From a virus (lineage: Duplodnaviria > Caudoviricetes), in IMG/VR virus record IMGVR_UViG_3300033067_001182, positions 1-33,730 of that record: 33,730 nt of DNA; one strand, 5' to 3'. The translations under genes were made by a program, and so were the position numbers. The notes under the pieces are model-generated. The model saw only the letters and a list, made by a program, of their open reading frames with translations. It was not told the origin of the DNA and did not search any database. Below, in pieces: positions 16,439 through 26,177 of the stretch (its first letter is position 1; each line of letters starts with the position of its first letter).

Positions 16439-17754
16439 TACTCGCCCTCCTGGAATTGGAGCGCGATCTTGTTGGCTTCGTCAATGGCTACCGCAAGCTG
16501 CTCTTGCGTGTGCGGCCCACGAATGATCTTCGCCAGCCGGTTGTACGCGTCAGGGGCGTTCTTCTTGAGTACCTCAGCCGTCTTGCGCAGCACACCAACC
16601 CCCTGGTCGGTCAGCGATGCCGCCGCTGTTTTGTACCCTCGATGCGAAGGCTCGCCAGCCACGAACATGGGGCCGCCACCGGGGAACGGAACTGTCCGGT
16701 AAGTCGGGTTATCGGATTCGGGAACGTCGTTGTAGAAGTCTGACGGCCTCACAGGGACAGCCTGCGCCTGTTCCGGGGACACGTTCTTACCACTCACAAG
16801 CGGCGGCTTCCTGCTGCTTCGGATGATCTCGTGCATCCGATCATACGCTGCCCGCACCTTGTCGCGCGTTGGTCGGTTCTTCATCAGATCGGCAATCTGG
16901 ATGCCAATCTCGGCCTTCTGCGTGTCGAGCAACGCCTTGGCCTTCTGGCTTTCCAGAGCCGACAGCCGCTCGGACCACTCGCGCAAATCTTCGCGATATT
17001 CCTCGGACGCCATCTTGACCGCGTCCGCAGCCATTCGCTCCTCATCATTCCTTAGGCGGAGCGCCTCAGATTCCTGTTCCTTCCGAGCCCGAATCTCCAT
17101 GTCCTTGGCCCGCTGATATTCCTTGAGCCGACCGCCGACCGTCGCGCGAAGGACCTCCGGGGTCATCCCCTCCTGTTGCGCCAGAGCCATCGCTTCCGCC
17201 TTCAACTGCGGGTCCTGAATCCCCATGACGCCGACAACGGATTCCCCAAGCTCCTTCGAGCGGGCGAACTTCGCCCGCTGCCGGATCGCCATCTGTTCCT
17301 CGTTCAGGGCGTTCGTGCGCTCGCCCATAATGACCTTCTCGGCCATGTCCGGGTTGTTGGCGACGACGGATTCCCATTCGACCGGGGTCATGCCTCGTGG
17401 CGGATTCCCCCCGGACAGCCCCTTGAGATACTCCATCTTCTTCGCCCGCGCCTGTTCCTCCTCAATCGCCCTCTGCCGTGCCTGAGCCTCCCGCTGTTGC
17501 ATCACATTCTGTTGCTGCTGCTCCTCGTACTCTTGCGCGCGACGCTGGTTGCCCATGCCGAGAATCTGCGGCTCCGCGTAGTTCTCCACGCCCTGGACGT
17601 CACCGACGCCGACAGACTCGGCCAGAGCCTTCCGACGTGCGCGCGATGCCTCGGCGGACGTCAGGTTGAACCCGATCGCCCCGCGCTTGGTCTGGACGCC
17701 GACGCCGAACCGCTGGCCCGGACCGTTGTAGTTACCGAACTGGTCTAGCGACAT
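16438..17754 (-). CDS. Putative ejection protein (438 aa, helical/coiled coil)
   Basis: Q/E/R/A-rich helical protein between the nozzle and the large ejection protein. Confidence 0.7.
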   Translation of the reverse strand: MSLDQFGNYNGPGQRFGVGVQTKRGAIGFNLTSAEASRARRKALAESVGVGDVQGVENYAEPQILGMGNQRRAQEYEEQQQQNVMQQREAQARQRAIEEEQARAKKMEYLKGLSGGNPPRGMTPVEWESVVANNPDMAEKVIMGERTNALNEEQMAIRQRAKFARSKELGESVVGVMGIQDPQLKAEAMALAQQEGMTPEVLRATVGGRLKEYQRAKDMEIRARKEQESEALRLRNDEERMAADAVKMASEEYREDLREWSERLSALESQKAKALLDTQKAEIGIQIADLMKNRPTRDKVRAAYDRMHEIIRSSRKPPLVSGKNVSPEQAQAVPVRPSDFYNDVPESDNPTYRTVPFPGGGPMFVAGEPSHRGYKTAAASLTDQGVGVLRKTAEVLKKNAPDAYNRLAKIIRGPHTQEQLAVAIDEANKIALQFQEGE

Positions 17755-18884
17755 TACCTAAGCCCCGAGTAACTGGTCCCGCCACCACCGAACGACGCCG
17801 TCGCCTTGTTCGCCAACCTCGAGTCCATCGCCACCCTCGGCGCACCGTACATCCCGGACGCCCCGAGATTCATTTGGCCGCCGCCGTAGGTCGGCTGCTG
17901 CTGCGCCTGTCCATTGAACACGCTCGGATACCCGGCCCCATACGGTCCGTAATCCGGGGCATCGAACTCGCCGCCGCCTTCCATCGGAGGCGGCATGGGT
18001 TCATTCGGGACAGCCGTGCCACCCATCTGCGCACCTCCACCTGCCATGAAATCGCTGTAGGACTGGCCGCCGCCACCGGCAGCACCGCCAGACGTCCCGC
18101 CAGACGTGCCACCAGACTTCCCGCCCGAAGAACCGCCGCCACCACCACCGCCCGCGGCAAGGCGCCGCTGATTCGTGAACGTCGCGCCGAAGATCCCGCC
18201 CTCGCCTTCGCTCCCGCCGAGTCTCTGCGACCCTTCGCCGTCCCGCGAGAACGGGTTGTATCCACCGCTGCCAGTGGCCGAGCCTTGAGCGTACATGCTA
18301 GACGCCTTCTCCGCGGCCGCGCGTCTTGCCTGGGCCTCGATGTCCCCGAGGATCGCCGCCTTCCGCAACCCAAGATCGGTATTTGCGTCAGCCATGTTTG
18401 CCTCAAGGTCGCTCAGCCCGCGCGTGTACGGACGGTCGATCTCCTGCTGCATTTCCTTTTCGCCCACGCCAGCCCGGAACAACCCCCGTCGCGCCAGGTC
18501 TGCCACCTTCTGCTGACGGGCGGTTCCGTAATCCTCGTTGAGCCGGTCGCGGGAGGCATTGAATTGCTTCTCACCAGTCCCGCGGATCAGCCCAAGGATT
18601 TCCTCAAGCAGCCCGGCCCCGGCGCCCGGAGTGCTGGACGACGACGACGAACCGACAGCACCACCGCCACCAGCCAGCATCCGATCAATGGTTGGTTGAG
18701 CAATCCCGTAGTCAACCCCGGTGTTGCTGCGGAGCGTGTTGAACGCCCCGAGCGCCTCTTGCTGCGCCTGTGCCGTCGCATCGTTCGGGTTCTGGGCATT
18801 CAGGAAGTTCCTCAACGCCTGCTCGTACGCCGGCGTGCCGGGAAGCGGAACAATGCCAGTCGTAAACTGCCCGTATCCAGCCAT
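17754..18884 (-). CDS. Putative ejection/pilot protein (376 aa, Gly-rich)
   Basis: Start reassigned to MAGYGQF at 18884 (GGGGA RBS). LARRGLFRAG motif and Gly/Ser low-complexity tail. Confidence 0.7.
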   Translation of the reverse strand: MAGYGQFTTGIVPLPGTPAYEQALRNFLNAQNPNDATAQAQQEALGAFNTLRSNTGVDYGIAQPTIDRMLAGGGGAVGSSSSSSTPGAGAGLLEEILGLIRGTGEKQFNASRDRLNEDYGTARQQKVADLARRGLFRAGVGEKEMQQEIDRPYTRGLSDLEANMADANTDLGLRKAAILGDIEAQARRAAAEKASSMYAQGSATGSGGYNPFSRDGEGSQRLGGSEGEGGIFGATFTNQRRLAAGGGGGGGSSGGKSGGTSGGTSGGAAGGGGQSYSDFMAGGGAQMGGTAVPNEPMPPPMEGGGEFDAPDYGPYGAGYPSVFNGQAQQQPTYGGGQMNLGASGMYGAPRVAMDSRLANKATASFGGGGTSYSGLR

Positions 18885-18886
18885 GA

Positions 18887-20374
18887 CTAGATCCCCTTCA
18901 ACTGCCGCGACTTGATCCAGAACATCATCACGCGCCCCTGCGACCCGGACTTCTGAGCGATGGAGATTCTCGGCTGGTAGCGGAAGCACGACTGGTTGAA
19001 TTTGACCTTCTTCGGAGCGATAATCTGCGTCCTCGTTACCGTCGTGGCGTCCCGATCGCCCTCGATAGCGCCGCTCGCCCGCAGGTTAACCGACGCGATT
19101 GTGGACACCGCCGCAGCCCGGTCAACGTACATGCCAAGCGTCGCCGTCCCGCTCGTCATCTTCGCCGCCTCGATCCCGAACTCGTCGAACCCGATTCGGT
19201 AGAGCGGATCGGCACCCGTGAACACCGGGCCTTCGTACACTCCGGTGATCTTCGTGCCGGCGTTACTCGACCCGCTCCACATCACCGCAGCATACCCGCT
19301 TGGGGACCCCCCGAGCAACCGGCCGTCATCCCCCGGTGCGCGCCACTCCACCATCGTGCTTGACCGCATGATGGTGTGCGGGCCATACCAGCGATCCTTC
19401 ATTTCGTCATAGACCAGCATCCGGTTAGGGAATCCGCTCCCGGTCGCCTTGCTGCGGTACTGGAGAACGTAGTAACGCCCATCTCGCGCCGCACCGCGCA
19501 GCATCTTCGCGTTGGAGCAGTCGATGTCGCTCGTGTCAAGGGCCGCGCTCACCTCCTGCACGGTCGATCCGTCAGTTCTGAGGACCATTCCACCCGCGCC
19601 CACGAAGTACAGCCATCCTGCGAGATAAGCCGCGCTATAGTGGGATACGCAACCCCGTCCGGCGTCCAAGTCAATGACGGCCCGCGGCGGTAGACCCCCG
19701 ACAGTCTTTCCGATCCGCAATGGCGTGGCACAAATGACCTCCCCATTCAGCGGGTAACACATCGTCAGCTCATCGGACCTGTCCGGCGGATAGAAGAAGA
19801 AGTTGACCGCGTCGTAGGTGGTCGGCAGCCCCTCGTCACTCCACGTCACCTTGTCCTTGTTCGTGGCCCCGCGAGCGTGTACCAGCTTCTCTTCAAACGC
19901 AAACACGAAGGCGTATTTCTCGCTCGGGCCAACCGCCCCAGCGATGTCCCCCGTGAACGCCCACGACCAGAACGAATTGACTCCGTTCCCGCCATAGACC
20001 ACGTCCTGATACGACACGGTGGTATGGGGATACCCACTCGTTAGCGTCAGCGTAGCCCCGGAGATGTCCGCAGTAGCGGACCCGCTTAACGTCCAGATTT
20101 TATTGCGCGTGTGAACAAGCGTCTTGCGCGCGCCGGTAGACCCTTTGTAGGTGCGCCACAGCCCCAGAATAGGCCTAGCGCCGTCCACCTTGGCCGCCCT
20201 GACGCGTTTCTGGCCCTTGATGACCTTCAGGTCGTCCTCTGCTGTCTCGATGTTCTGGAGCAATCGTGCCTCGTTTGGGCGCATACCGCCGGGACGCACC
20301 TCGGCTGCCGTCGCGGTCTTGAGTCCTGCGAACGCCTGCAAGATCAGGTCGTTGATCGGGCCGCCTACGCTCAC
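18887..20374 (-). CDS. Tail nozzle / packaged-DNA stabilisation protein (P22 gp10-like beta-propeller, 495 aa)
   Basis: FAGLKT...PNEARLLQNI, VTWSDEGLPTTY, GRGCVSHYS, LVYDEMKDRW; follows the adaptor gene. Confidence 0.8.
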   Translation of the reverse strand: MSVGGPINDLILQAFAGLKTATAAEVRPGGMRPNEARLLQNIETAEDDLKVIKGQKRVRAAKVDGARPILGLWRTYKGSTGARKTLVHTRNKIWTLSGSATADISGATLTLTSGYPHTTVSYQDVVYGGNGVNSFWSWAFTGDIAGAVGPSEKYAFVFAFEEKLVHARGATNKDKVTWSDEGLPTTYDAVNFFFYPPDRSDELTMCYPLNGEVICATPLRIGKTVGGLPPRAVIDLDAGRGCVSHYSAAYLAGWLYFVGAGGMVLRTDGSTVQEVSAALDTSDIDCSNAKMLRGAARDGRYYVLQYRSKATGSGFPNRMLVYDEMKDRWYGPHTIMRSSTMVEWRAPGDDGRLLGGSPSGYAAVMWSGSSNAGTKITGVYEGPVFTGADPLYRIGFDEFGIEAAKMTSGTATLGMYVDRAAAVSTIASVNLRASGAIEGDRDATTVTRTQIIAPKKVKFNQSCFRYQPRISIAQKSGSQGRVMMFWIKSRQLKGI

Positions 20375-20383
20375 GAAGCACGC

Positions 20384-21520
20384 CTAGTAGGTGGGGTACC
20401 CGTAGTTGCCGGGGAAGCGCCCGCCCTGTGGCCGGGAAGGTCCTCTGTCCCAAGCGCCCATGCGATTGATCCGGTCGTGTTCCTGCTTGTTGCTCGACTT
20501 GTTCCGTTCGATGAACTGCATGTAATTCTGCATGGCAAGTTGCATGACGGTAGATTCGACCGTGGCACCCTGAAGGTGTGCCCGGTAAATCGCCCCCCAG
20601 ATAATTACCTCCTGATGCCGCTCCGGAATGTCCGGCTGGTCGTTGTCCTCATACAGCAGCGTTGGAATCTTTTGGTACTCGTACACGAATCGCTGCTTTG
20701 TGTCGGGGATCGGGTACATCTGGATCATGGGGACGCCCTCGTCCACCCGGAACTTGCACTTGCCGACGCTCGACCCGGCATAAGCCGTCGTCACCTTGAC
20801 GGACGACGCCGACGGTGACGAGTTGATTTCGTACGTTCTGGAGTCACCAACGTTCCGGATGCTCCGGCCGATCATGGTCGAATCGAACACGACCGCCGAC
20901 CCACCGATGGTCCGCGAGTTCGCCGTGAACGACGCGCTCCCGGTGTCGTAGTATGGACGTTTCGCCGTGCCGATAGTGCGGTAGATCTCCGGTGCCCCCG
21001 TGCGCGCCGGGTTAGGGTCATAGTCGTACAGCTCGCGAGGCCAGAACACCACCAGCTTGCGCGGGTCATTCAGTGAACGGATCTGCTTGATCCGGTCGAC
21101 GTCGAACCGCAGCCGGTATTCATCGCGCCACATGACGTAGGTCTTGCGCGTGATACTCGACCCGCGATAGCGCCCCTCAAGGTTAACTCGTGTCGCGCTC
21201 TGCCGACTCGCCACCCGATACCAGTCCATGGCATACGATGGTGCCGTCGCAGAGAACGAAATCTTGCTGTCGGCAACGTACTTGCCCCATGATGTACCGC
21301 TGGCAGACACGGCAAACTGATCGGCCTTCGCGCTCGCCCGCCCGGTCGCATAAAACGAGTCGGTAACGAAGTCGGCTTCGCGGCTCCACCACGGCCAATC
21401 GGCTTTCGCCGCAAGGTCGAGGATCGTCCAATTGATCCACTCCTTGACAGACGCCCGCATATGCCCCGAGGCGTCCCGCACCTGCCGCAACACCGCGTCT
21501 TGCAGTTCCTTGAATCTCAT
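20384..21520 (-). CDS. Head-tail adaptor protein with inserted beta domains (378 aa)
   Basis: MRFKELQDAV...WINW...DWPW N-terminus and MYPIPD...YEY...DQPDIPERHQEVIIWGA C-terminus, typical of podovirus adaptors. Confidence 0.8.
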   Translation of the reverse strand: MRFKELQDAVLRQVRDASGHMRASVKEWINWTILDLAAKADWPWWSREADFVTDSFYATGRASAKADQFAVSASGTSWGKYVADSKISFSATAPSYAMDWYRVASRQSATRVNLEGRYRGSSITRKTYVMWRDEYRLRFDVDRIKQIRSLNDPRKLVVFWPRELYDYDPNPARTGAPEIYRTIGTAKRPYYDTGSASFTANSRTIGGSAVVFDSTMIGRSIRNVGDSRTYEINSSPSASSVKVTTAYAGSSVGKCKFRVDEGVPMIQMYPIPDTKQRFVYEYQKIPTLLYEDNDQPDIPERHQEVIIWGAIYRAHLQGATVESTVMQLAMQNYMQFIERNKSSNKQEHDRINRMGAWDRGPSRPQGGRFPGNYGYPTY

Positions 21521-21531
21521 TCATCCATCAC

Positions 21532-21876
21532 CTACAGCGTGGTGGAACGGTGGCGCTTGATGAATCGGAACGTGATAACCGACTTCTTCCCGCCCGTGCG
21601 CGAGACATACAATTTCTTCGGGGCGATGATGCCGTTCGTGTCGCCAAAGTGCAGAAATACCGGATTGCCCTTGCGCGCGACAGTCGCGGCAGCGACGCCG
21701 AACGCATGCAGCACGTTCGCGGCGCCGCTGTTCGTGCACACCTTCACCAGCGCGGCAGTGCTGCCGCCGGTCGCGGTAATCGACATGATAACCGCCGGGC
21801 CGCTATGGACAGTGACCAGCGCCGCTCCCGACCCGGACATGATCTTGTAGATCGGCGTTTCGCTGAATAGACTCAT
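21532..21876 (-). CDS. Small basic beta-rich virion protein (114 aa)
   Basis: Start reassigned to MSLFSETP at 21876 (GAGGA RBS); Ala/Gly/Ser/Thr-rich. Confidence 0.65.
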   Translation of the reverse strand: MSLFSETPIYKIMSGSGAALVTVHSGPAVIMSITATGGSTAALVKVCTNSGAANVLHAFGVAAATVARKGNPVFLHFGDTNGIIAPKKLYVSRTGGKKSVITFRFIKRHRSTTL

Positions 21877-22843
21877 TGCCGTCGTCCTCGTACACAGTCG
21901 CCAGCGGCTTCGGGTTCCAGTCCAGAACGCCACCTTCGGTAGCGTTCACAACATCTACGCCATCTTCCTTGCACCACATCGCCGCAGCCTTGATCAGCCG
22001 CATATTGCGGAGAAGGTGATCGTCGGTAAACGTGACATCCCCGCGGATGTCCTCCGCCGGGAAAAGTTTTCGGTCACGCATCACGGAGACGGGGATTGCC
22101 TCGTCCCAATGATACATGCCGAAGGTGAACGCGAAGTCCTGCCCCACCAGAACAATCCTGCGCGCCCCCGTCCTGTAAGCGAAGTGCATCGCCGAATACG
22201 TCGCCGTCAGTCCGGCATCAAGCGCCCCCATATGGGCGAAAGTTTCATTCAATCCTTCGACATGCCCGATGCTTTTCGTGTACCCGACGAAGTGATAGTG
22301 GTTCTCGAACCTGTCCAGCAACTCTGGCGGAGTTGTAAACGACGTAATCAGGCTGATTCCTGACAGGTCGCCAACGCCATCCAGCCACCGGCCGTCGCCC
22401 TTCCAGTCGAGGACAAACCAAAAGTCAGGCTTCACACCGATCTTCAGAAGGAACTTCAGCCCCGCGTTGATCGCGATGATCTTCTGCCCAGGCCTCCGCT
22501 CGATCAGGTGCCCATTGCGGCACAGGCTGGGACCGCTGCCGACGACAAGGAACGTCTCCCCCTTGCACGCCCCGAACCACTCCGCCACGCCAGCAGTTGC
22601 CCGCTCCTTGTGCGTCTCTGCCTGCGCTACGATCTGGTCCTTGATATGCTGAGGGCGCCCCTCGCTCGCCAGCGTGGTCGTCGCCGCGGCCAGCATCGAC
22701 CACCGGGGGACGATGTATTGCCGGCCGTCCACCGTTGGCCCGGCAGCGATTACCTGCAACCCACCGGGTAGCAGGACCTTGGCAAACCGGGGGACGCGGA
22801 CACTTGCGCCCGTATCCCCCGGCACGAACCTATGCGTCGCCAT
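21803..22843 (-). CDS. Maf/DUF115 (MAF_flag10, MptE-like) family protein 2, putative glycosyltransferase
   Basis: KGETFLVVGSGPSL...IIAINAGLKFLLKIGVKPDFWFVLD...TATYSAMHFAYRTGARRIVLVGQDFAF...VVNATEGG. Start MATHRF at 22843. Confidence 0.85.
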   Translation of the reverse strand: MATHRFVPGDTGASVRVPRFAKVLLPGGLQVIAAGPTVDGRQYIVPRWSMLAAATTTLASEGRPQHIKDQIVAQAETHKERATAGVAEWFGACKGETFLVVGSGPSLCRNGHLIERRPGQKIIAINAGLKFLLKIGVKPDFWFVLDWKGDGRWLDGVGDLSGISLITSFTTPPELLDRFENHYHFVGYTKSIGHVEGLNETFAHMGALDAGLTATYSAMHFAYRTGARRIVLVGQDFAFTFGMYHWDEAIPVSVMRDRKLFPAEDIRGDVTFTDDHLLRNMRLIKAAAMWCKEDGVDVVNATEGGVLDWNPKPLATVYEDDGNESIQRNADLQDHVRVGSGAGHCP

Positions 22844-23075
22844 CAGCCCCTTCTTCCACTTGACCACCCTGCGTCAGCCGCGACTCGATCACGCCAGCCC
22901 ACAAACGCAGCAGGGTAGGGATAGCATACAGATCGATCCCCACTCGCTCCAGTTCAAAGGCTTCCGGACTCGTCCCGACCGGCATCATGATCTTGATGTA
23001 CTTGGAGGCTTCCTCGTCCAGCAGGGCGAGATTGCCACCGCACGCAGACAGGTCAATCAGATTCTGGGATTCCAT
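22830..23075 (-). CDS. Hypothetical protein (81 aa)
   Basis: AGGAG RBS before MESQNLIDL. The upstream part of the track ORF is a shadow of the decoration gene. Confidence 0.6.
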   Translation of the reverse strand: MESQNLIDLSACGGNLALLDEEASKYIKIMMPVGTSPEAFELERVGIDLYAIPTLLRLWAGVIESRLTQGGQVEEGADGDA

Positions 23076-23083
23076 ACGATCTC

Positions 23084-23614
23084 CTACGGCAGATGAATCA
23101 GGAGCTTGCCCGGTGCCATATGGCTGCCGGAGTCGGCCGCCAACGCGCGGAAGCCGATCCACCCGATTTGCGTTCCGACAGCCGACAGCGCCACGGTGTC
23201 GATGATTTGCGCCGTCGCCTGGTCCTTGATGCACTGGTCCCCGGCCGCCACGCCCTTGTCGGTTTCGACCTTGAAGAAGTTCGGGCCTTCGACCTGGACC
23301 CACCCGAACTGCGACGCAGCCGTGGAAGCACCGCAGGCGACGCCTGCCCGCAGCGCGGAGTTGGCCACCGATGCGGCAGACGTGACGTGACCCGCGGCGG
23401 AGTACGCCACAGCCGCGCCCTGCCGAGCAGCGATCTTGTACTTGACGTACCGGAACCGCCCCCAAGCGCCGAACGTGTCGTGGTAGGCAAAGCACACCTG
23501 CCCAAGAGGGAACTTCTTGTAGGAAGTCGTCTCAGACAGGCTGCCTTTCGCGAACTGTTCGGCAGTCTCGGGAACCGTTTGGTACGGGAAGAACATGAGA
23601 CGTTGGACGCCCAT
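23084..23614 (-). CDS. Capsid decoration/cement-like protein B (176 aa)
   Basis: FPLG...FRYVK...AGVA...FGWVQVEGP pattern; follows the MCP; paralog of 23652-24164. Confidence 0.7.
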   Translation of the reverse strand: MGVQRLMFFPYQTVPETAEQFAKGSLSETTSYKKFPLGQVCFAYHDTFGAWGRFRYVKYKIAARQGAAVAYSAAGHVTSAASVANSALRAGVACGASTAASQFGWVQVEGPNFFKVETDKGVAAGDQCIKDQATAQIIDTVALSAVGTQIGWIGFRALAADSGSHMAPGKLLIHLP

Positions 23615-23651
23615 GATTTGCCCTTTCCATTCGATCCCTAGGTGGTTGTGG

Positions 23652-24164
23652 TTATCCGATCACGTCCTGCACATGCCCGCTGACCAGATACGATCCGGAG
23701 TCAGCTGCCAGCGCCTTGACGAACACCCAGCTAATCTGAGTGCCGGCAGCGGAAGCCGCAGCCGTGTCAAGCATCCCGTCCGTCGCCTGGTCCTTGACGC
23801 ACAGGTCGCCAGCGGCAATGCCACCGTCGGTCAGCGCGTACACGGTGCCGAGGCCGTCGCCAATGTCGCCAAGCGGCCCGGAACACTGGACGTAGCCGTA
23901 GCACGACGCGCTGATCTTGGCGATTGCGATGCCGGCGGGACGAGTCGAGTTCGCAGCCGTCGCGGAATTCGCCACCCGGAAACCGTAGTTCTGAGCTTTG
24001 GTGGTGGCGGTCGACACGATGGACACCGGCTGCCCTTTGGTGGTCTTGATCTTGGAGAACACATACCGGAACACACGTCCGCTGACGCCCTGCGCCTTCG
24101 CGCCGAGTTCGTCTTTCTGTGCGGTCGTGTACTTGAGCAGTTCGCTCATGTTGAGGCGACCCAT
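23652..24164 (-). CDS. Capsid decoration/cement-like protein A (170 aa)
   Basis: ELGAKA...GRVFRYV...AGIA...YGYVQCSGP; AGGAG RBS; directly after the MCP. Confidence 0.7.
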   Translation of the reverse strand: MGRLNMSELLKYTTAQKDELGAKAQGVSGRVFRYVFSKIKTTKGQPVSIVSTATTKAQNYGFRVANSATAANSTRPAGIAIAKISASCYGYVQCSGPLGDIGDGLGTVYALTDGGIAAGDLCVKDQATDGMLDTAAASAAGTQISWVFVKALAADSGSYLVSGHVQDVIG

Positions 24165-24210
24165 GGTCAGCACTCCTATACGCTGTCAATGGACTGGAAC
24201 CACAATCGAA

Positions 24211-25215
24211 CTACGGGTAGGTCACACCGGACATCACGCCCAGGTGACGCATGGCAGAGACGCAGAGCTGATACATGGAGAAGATCTTGCATCCCTTGCC
24301 GAACTGATCCCACGGCTCGATCATCTGCCCCTTGTCCATCCACGCGCCGTCACAGACGTACAGGTGAAGGAATTCGGGATTGAGGAAGTACCACCGGCCA
24401 TCCGTGGACGACGACGGGCCGCCGTTGGTGGACGAGCAGTAATCGTCCCAGTAGATCACCGCGTTCTTGAACTTGATCCCGTCGTAGCCGATCTCCTGGT
24501 TCGACCGGCCGGTAGCTTCGAGGACCAAACGTTCGCGGGCCGCCAAGTGCATCTCGGCATTCTCGAAGCCGGTCTGGTCGGTCAGAATCAGCTTGGGGGC
24601 CTTCGAGTTCTGGCCCTTGCTGCAATCGTTGTAGGTCTTGGTGATGAGCGACCGGCCGTTAATGGCAAACGACCCGACGGCCGAATTGACCTGCTGCCGC
24701 CAGAAGGAGTTGGTGGCGCGACTGATGCCGCCGACACTGCCGGTCGTGTTGGTGGTAGTGATGATGGACGGGATAGACAGCGACTCGGTGGCCGTGGGGG
24801 ACGAAGCCCACCACGCCTTGGCAATCGCGTCCCGCTCGGAATTCAGCTTGTTGGTGATGAGGAAGTTCACGATGTCGAAGAACTTCTGCGCGCCAGAATT
24901 CTTGCGGCGCGTCACCTCGGAGATCGCCAGCGAGTCGACGTGTTCGACCCAGTCGTAGAAGGCGAGCGAACCCGGATCGCTCTGGGCCGGGGTTAGCGTC
25001 TCCAGATCGCTGGACAGGAACTTGCCGGTTGCGGACTTTTCGTACTCAATCGGCACCTCGACGCGGTTCCCGCTCCCGCTCTTTTTGTTTTTCACCAGCG
25101 CGTCAAACAGCGGGTACTCGATGAAGATGTTGTCAGCGAATTCCTTGACCCGGTAATCCCAAGTCGTGGCAATGATCGTGTCGTTGTCACGACTGGTCGA
25201 AGTCGGTGCAACCAT
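24211..25215 (-). CDS. Major capsid protein (HK97 fold, 334 aa)
   Basis: IIATTWDYRVKEFADNIF...GNRVEVPIEY...VGGISRATNSFWR...PKLILTD...GIKFKNAVIYWD...YFLNPEFL...RHLGVM; follows the scaffold. Confidence 0.9.
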   Translation of the reverse strand: MVAPTSTSRDNDTIIATTWDYRVKEFADNIFIEYPLFDALVKNKKSGSGNRVEVPIEYEKSATGKFLSSDLETLTPAQSDPGSLAFYDWVEHVDSLAISEVTRRKNSGAQKFFDIVNFLITNKLNSERDAIAKAWWASSPTATESLSIPSIITTTNTTGSVGGISRATNSFWRQQVNSAVGSFAINGRSLITKTYNDCSKGQNSKAPKLILTDQTGFENAEMHLAARERLVLEATGRSNQEIGYDGIKFKNAVIYWDDYCSSTNGGPSSSTDGRWYFLNPEFLHLYVCDGAWMDKGQMIEPWDQFGKGCKIFSMYQLCVSAMRHLGVMSGVTYP

Positions 25216-25227
25216 GACTGTCCCCTC

Positions 25228-26067
25228 TTACAAAATCCCCTTGGCTCGCAGCGCACGCATGGCGGCATCCTGAGCGGCCTTCGCGCTCTTGATGTTCCCG
25301 GCCTTCAGGTCGCCAGCACCGCTGCCAGTGGGACGCTCACCACTCGTAGGACGCTTCACCGGCTTCTCGCCCGGATCGCCTTCCCCACCTTCAGAACCGG
25401 CACCGGCTTTGAGCGCCTTACGCTCTTTGTCGGTCAGGTTGTACATGGCGAGTTTGTAGGCGGTATCGAACGAGATTCGGTAGTCGTGCTTTTCGAGGAT
25501 CTCGCGCATGTCGTCCCGCACGTCGCTGTACCGATCCATCTTCTTCACCTGATCCAGCTCGGCCGCGATGCTCTGCTGCCCCAGATGGTCCGCGATCGGT
25601 TTTACATGAGTCTCAGCGACGCGGCTTTCGAGCGCGTCCGCAATCCCGTCGATCATGCGGCCGAGGAACTTCTTGCGCTGCCCGTCCATCGGCCCGAAGT
25701 CCGATTCGAGCGCCTCAAGAATCTTCGCGTGGAAAGGCGACTTCTGGGCCTGCTGCCCGCCTTGCGAGTTCTGGCGCCCCGCTTGGAATGCCTGATAGCC
25801 AGGATCTTTCTGGAGCTGCTCCCACTGCCGATGAGATTGCAGGAGCCGCCCGAACTGATCCCGCTCCCGGAATTCCTTCGGGATATGCTGGACCGCCTTG
25901 GAGTGCAGGTCAGAGACGTACTTTTGCACGCGGGGGTCTGCTCGCAGATCCTCGTAGGAATCCACGGCTTGACCCGCACCGGCCGACCCTTCGCCCTGTT
26001 GGTCCACCGTTGAGGCAGACGACGTGGCGAGTTCCTGGTCAGATCCGGCAGCCTCGTTTTCCGGCAT
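25228..26067 (-). CDS. Capsid scaffolding protein (279 aa)
   Basis: Acidic disordered N-terminus, helical core, FDTAYKLA motif and basic C-terminal helix; directly before the MCP. Start MPENE at 26067. Confidence 0.8.
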   Translation of the reverse strand: MPENEAAGSDQELATSSASTVDQQGEGSAGAGQAVDSYEDLRADPRVQKYVSDLHSKAVQHIPKEFRERDQFGRLLQSHRQWEQLQKDPGYQAFQAGRQNSQGGQQAQKSPFHAKILEALESDFGPMDGQRKKFLGRMIDGIADALESRVAETHVKPIADHLGQQSIAAELDQVKKMDRYSDVRDDMREILEKHDYRISFDTAYKLAMYNLTDKERKALKAGAGSEGGEGDPGEKPVKRPTSGERPTGSGAGDLKAGNIKSAKAAQDAAMRALRAKGIL

Positions 26068-26177
26068 GATATTCCCCCAGTGAAGCGAAACAGCCCGCCG
26101 TAGGGACACCCCCACCGGATCGGACTGTCAGCAAAACTAGGGAACCGATGCCGTCAGGCGCAAACAGGCGTTAGCAC

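Noticed and set aside
18060-18160. 12-bp repeats encoding GGKSGGTSGGTSGG
   Set aside because: An ordinary Gly/Ser low-complexity linker in an ejection protein.
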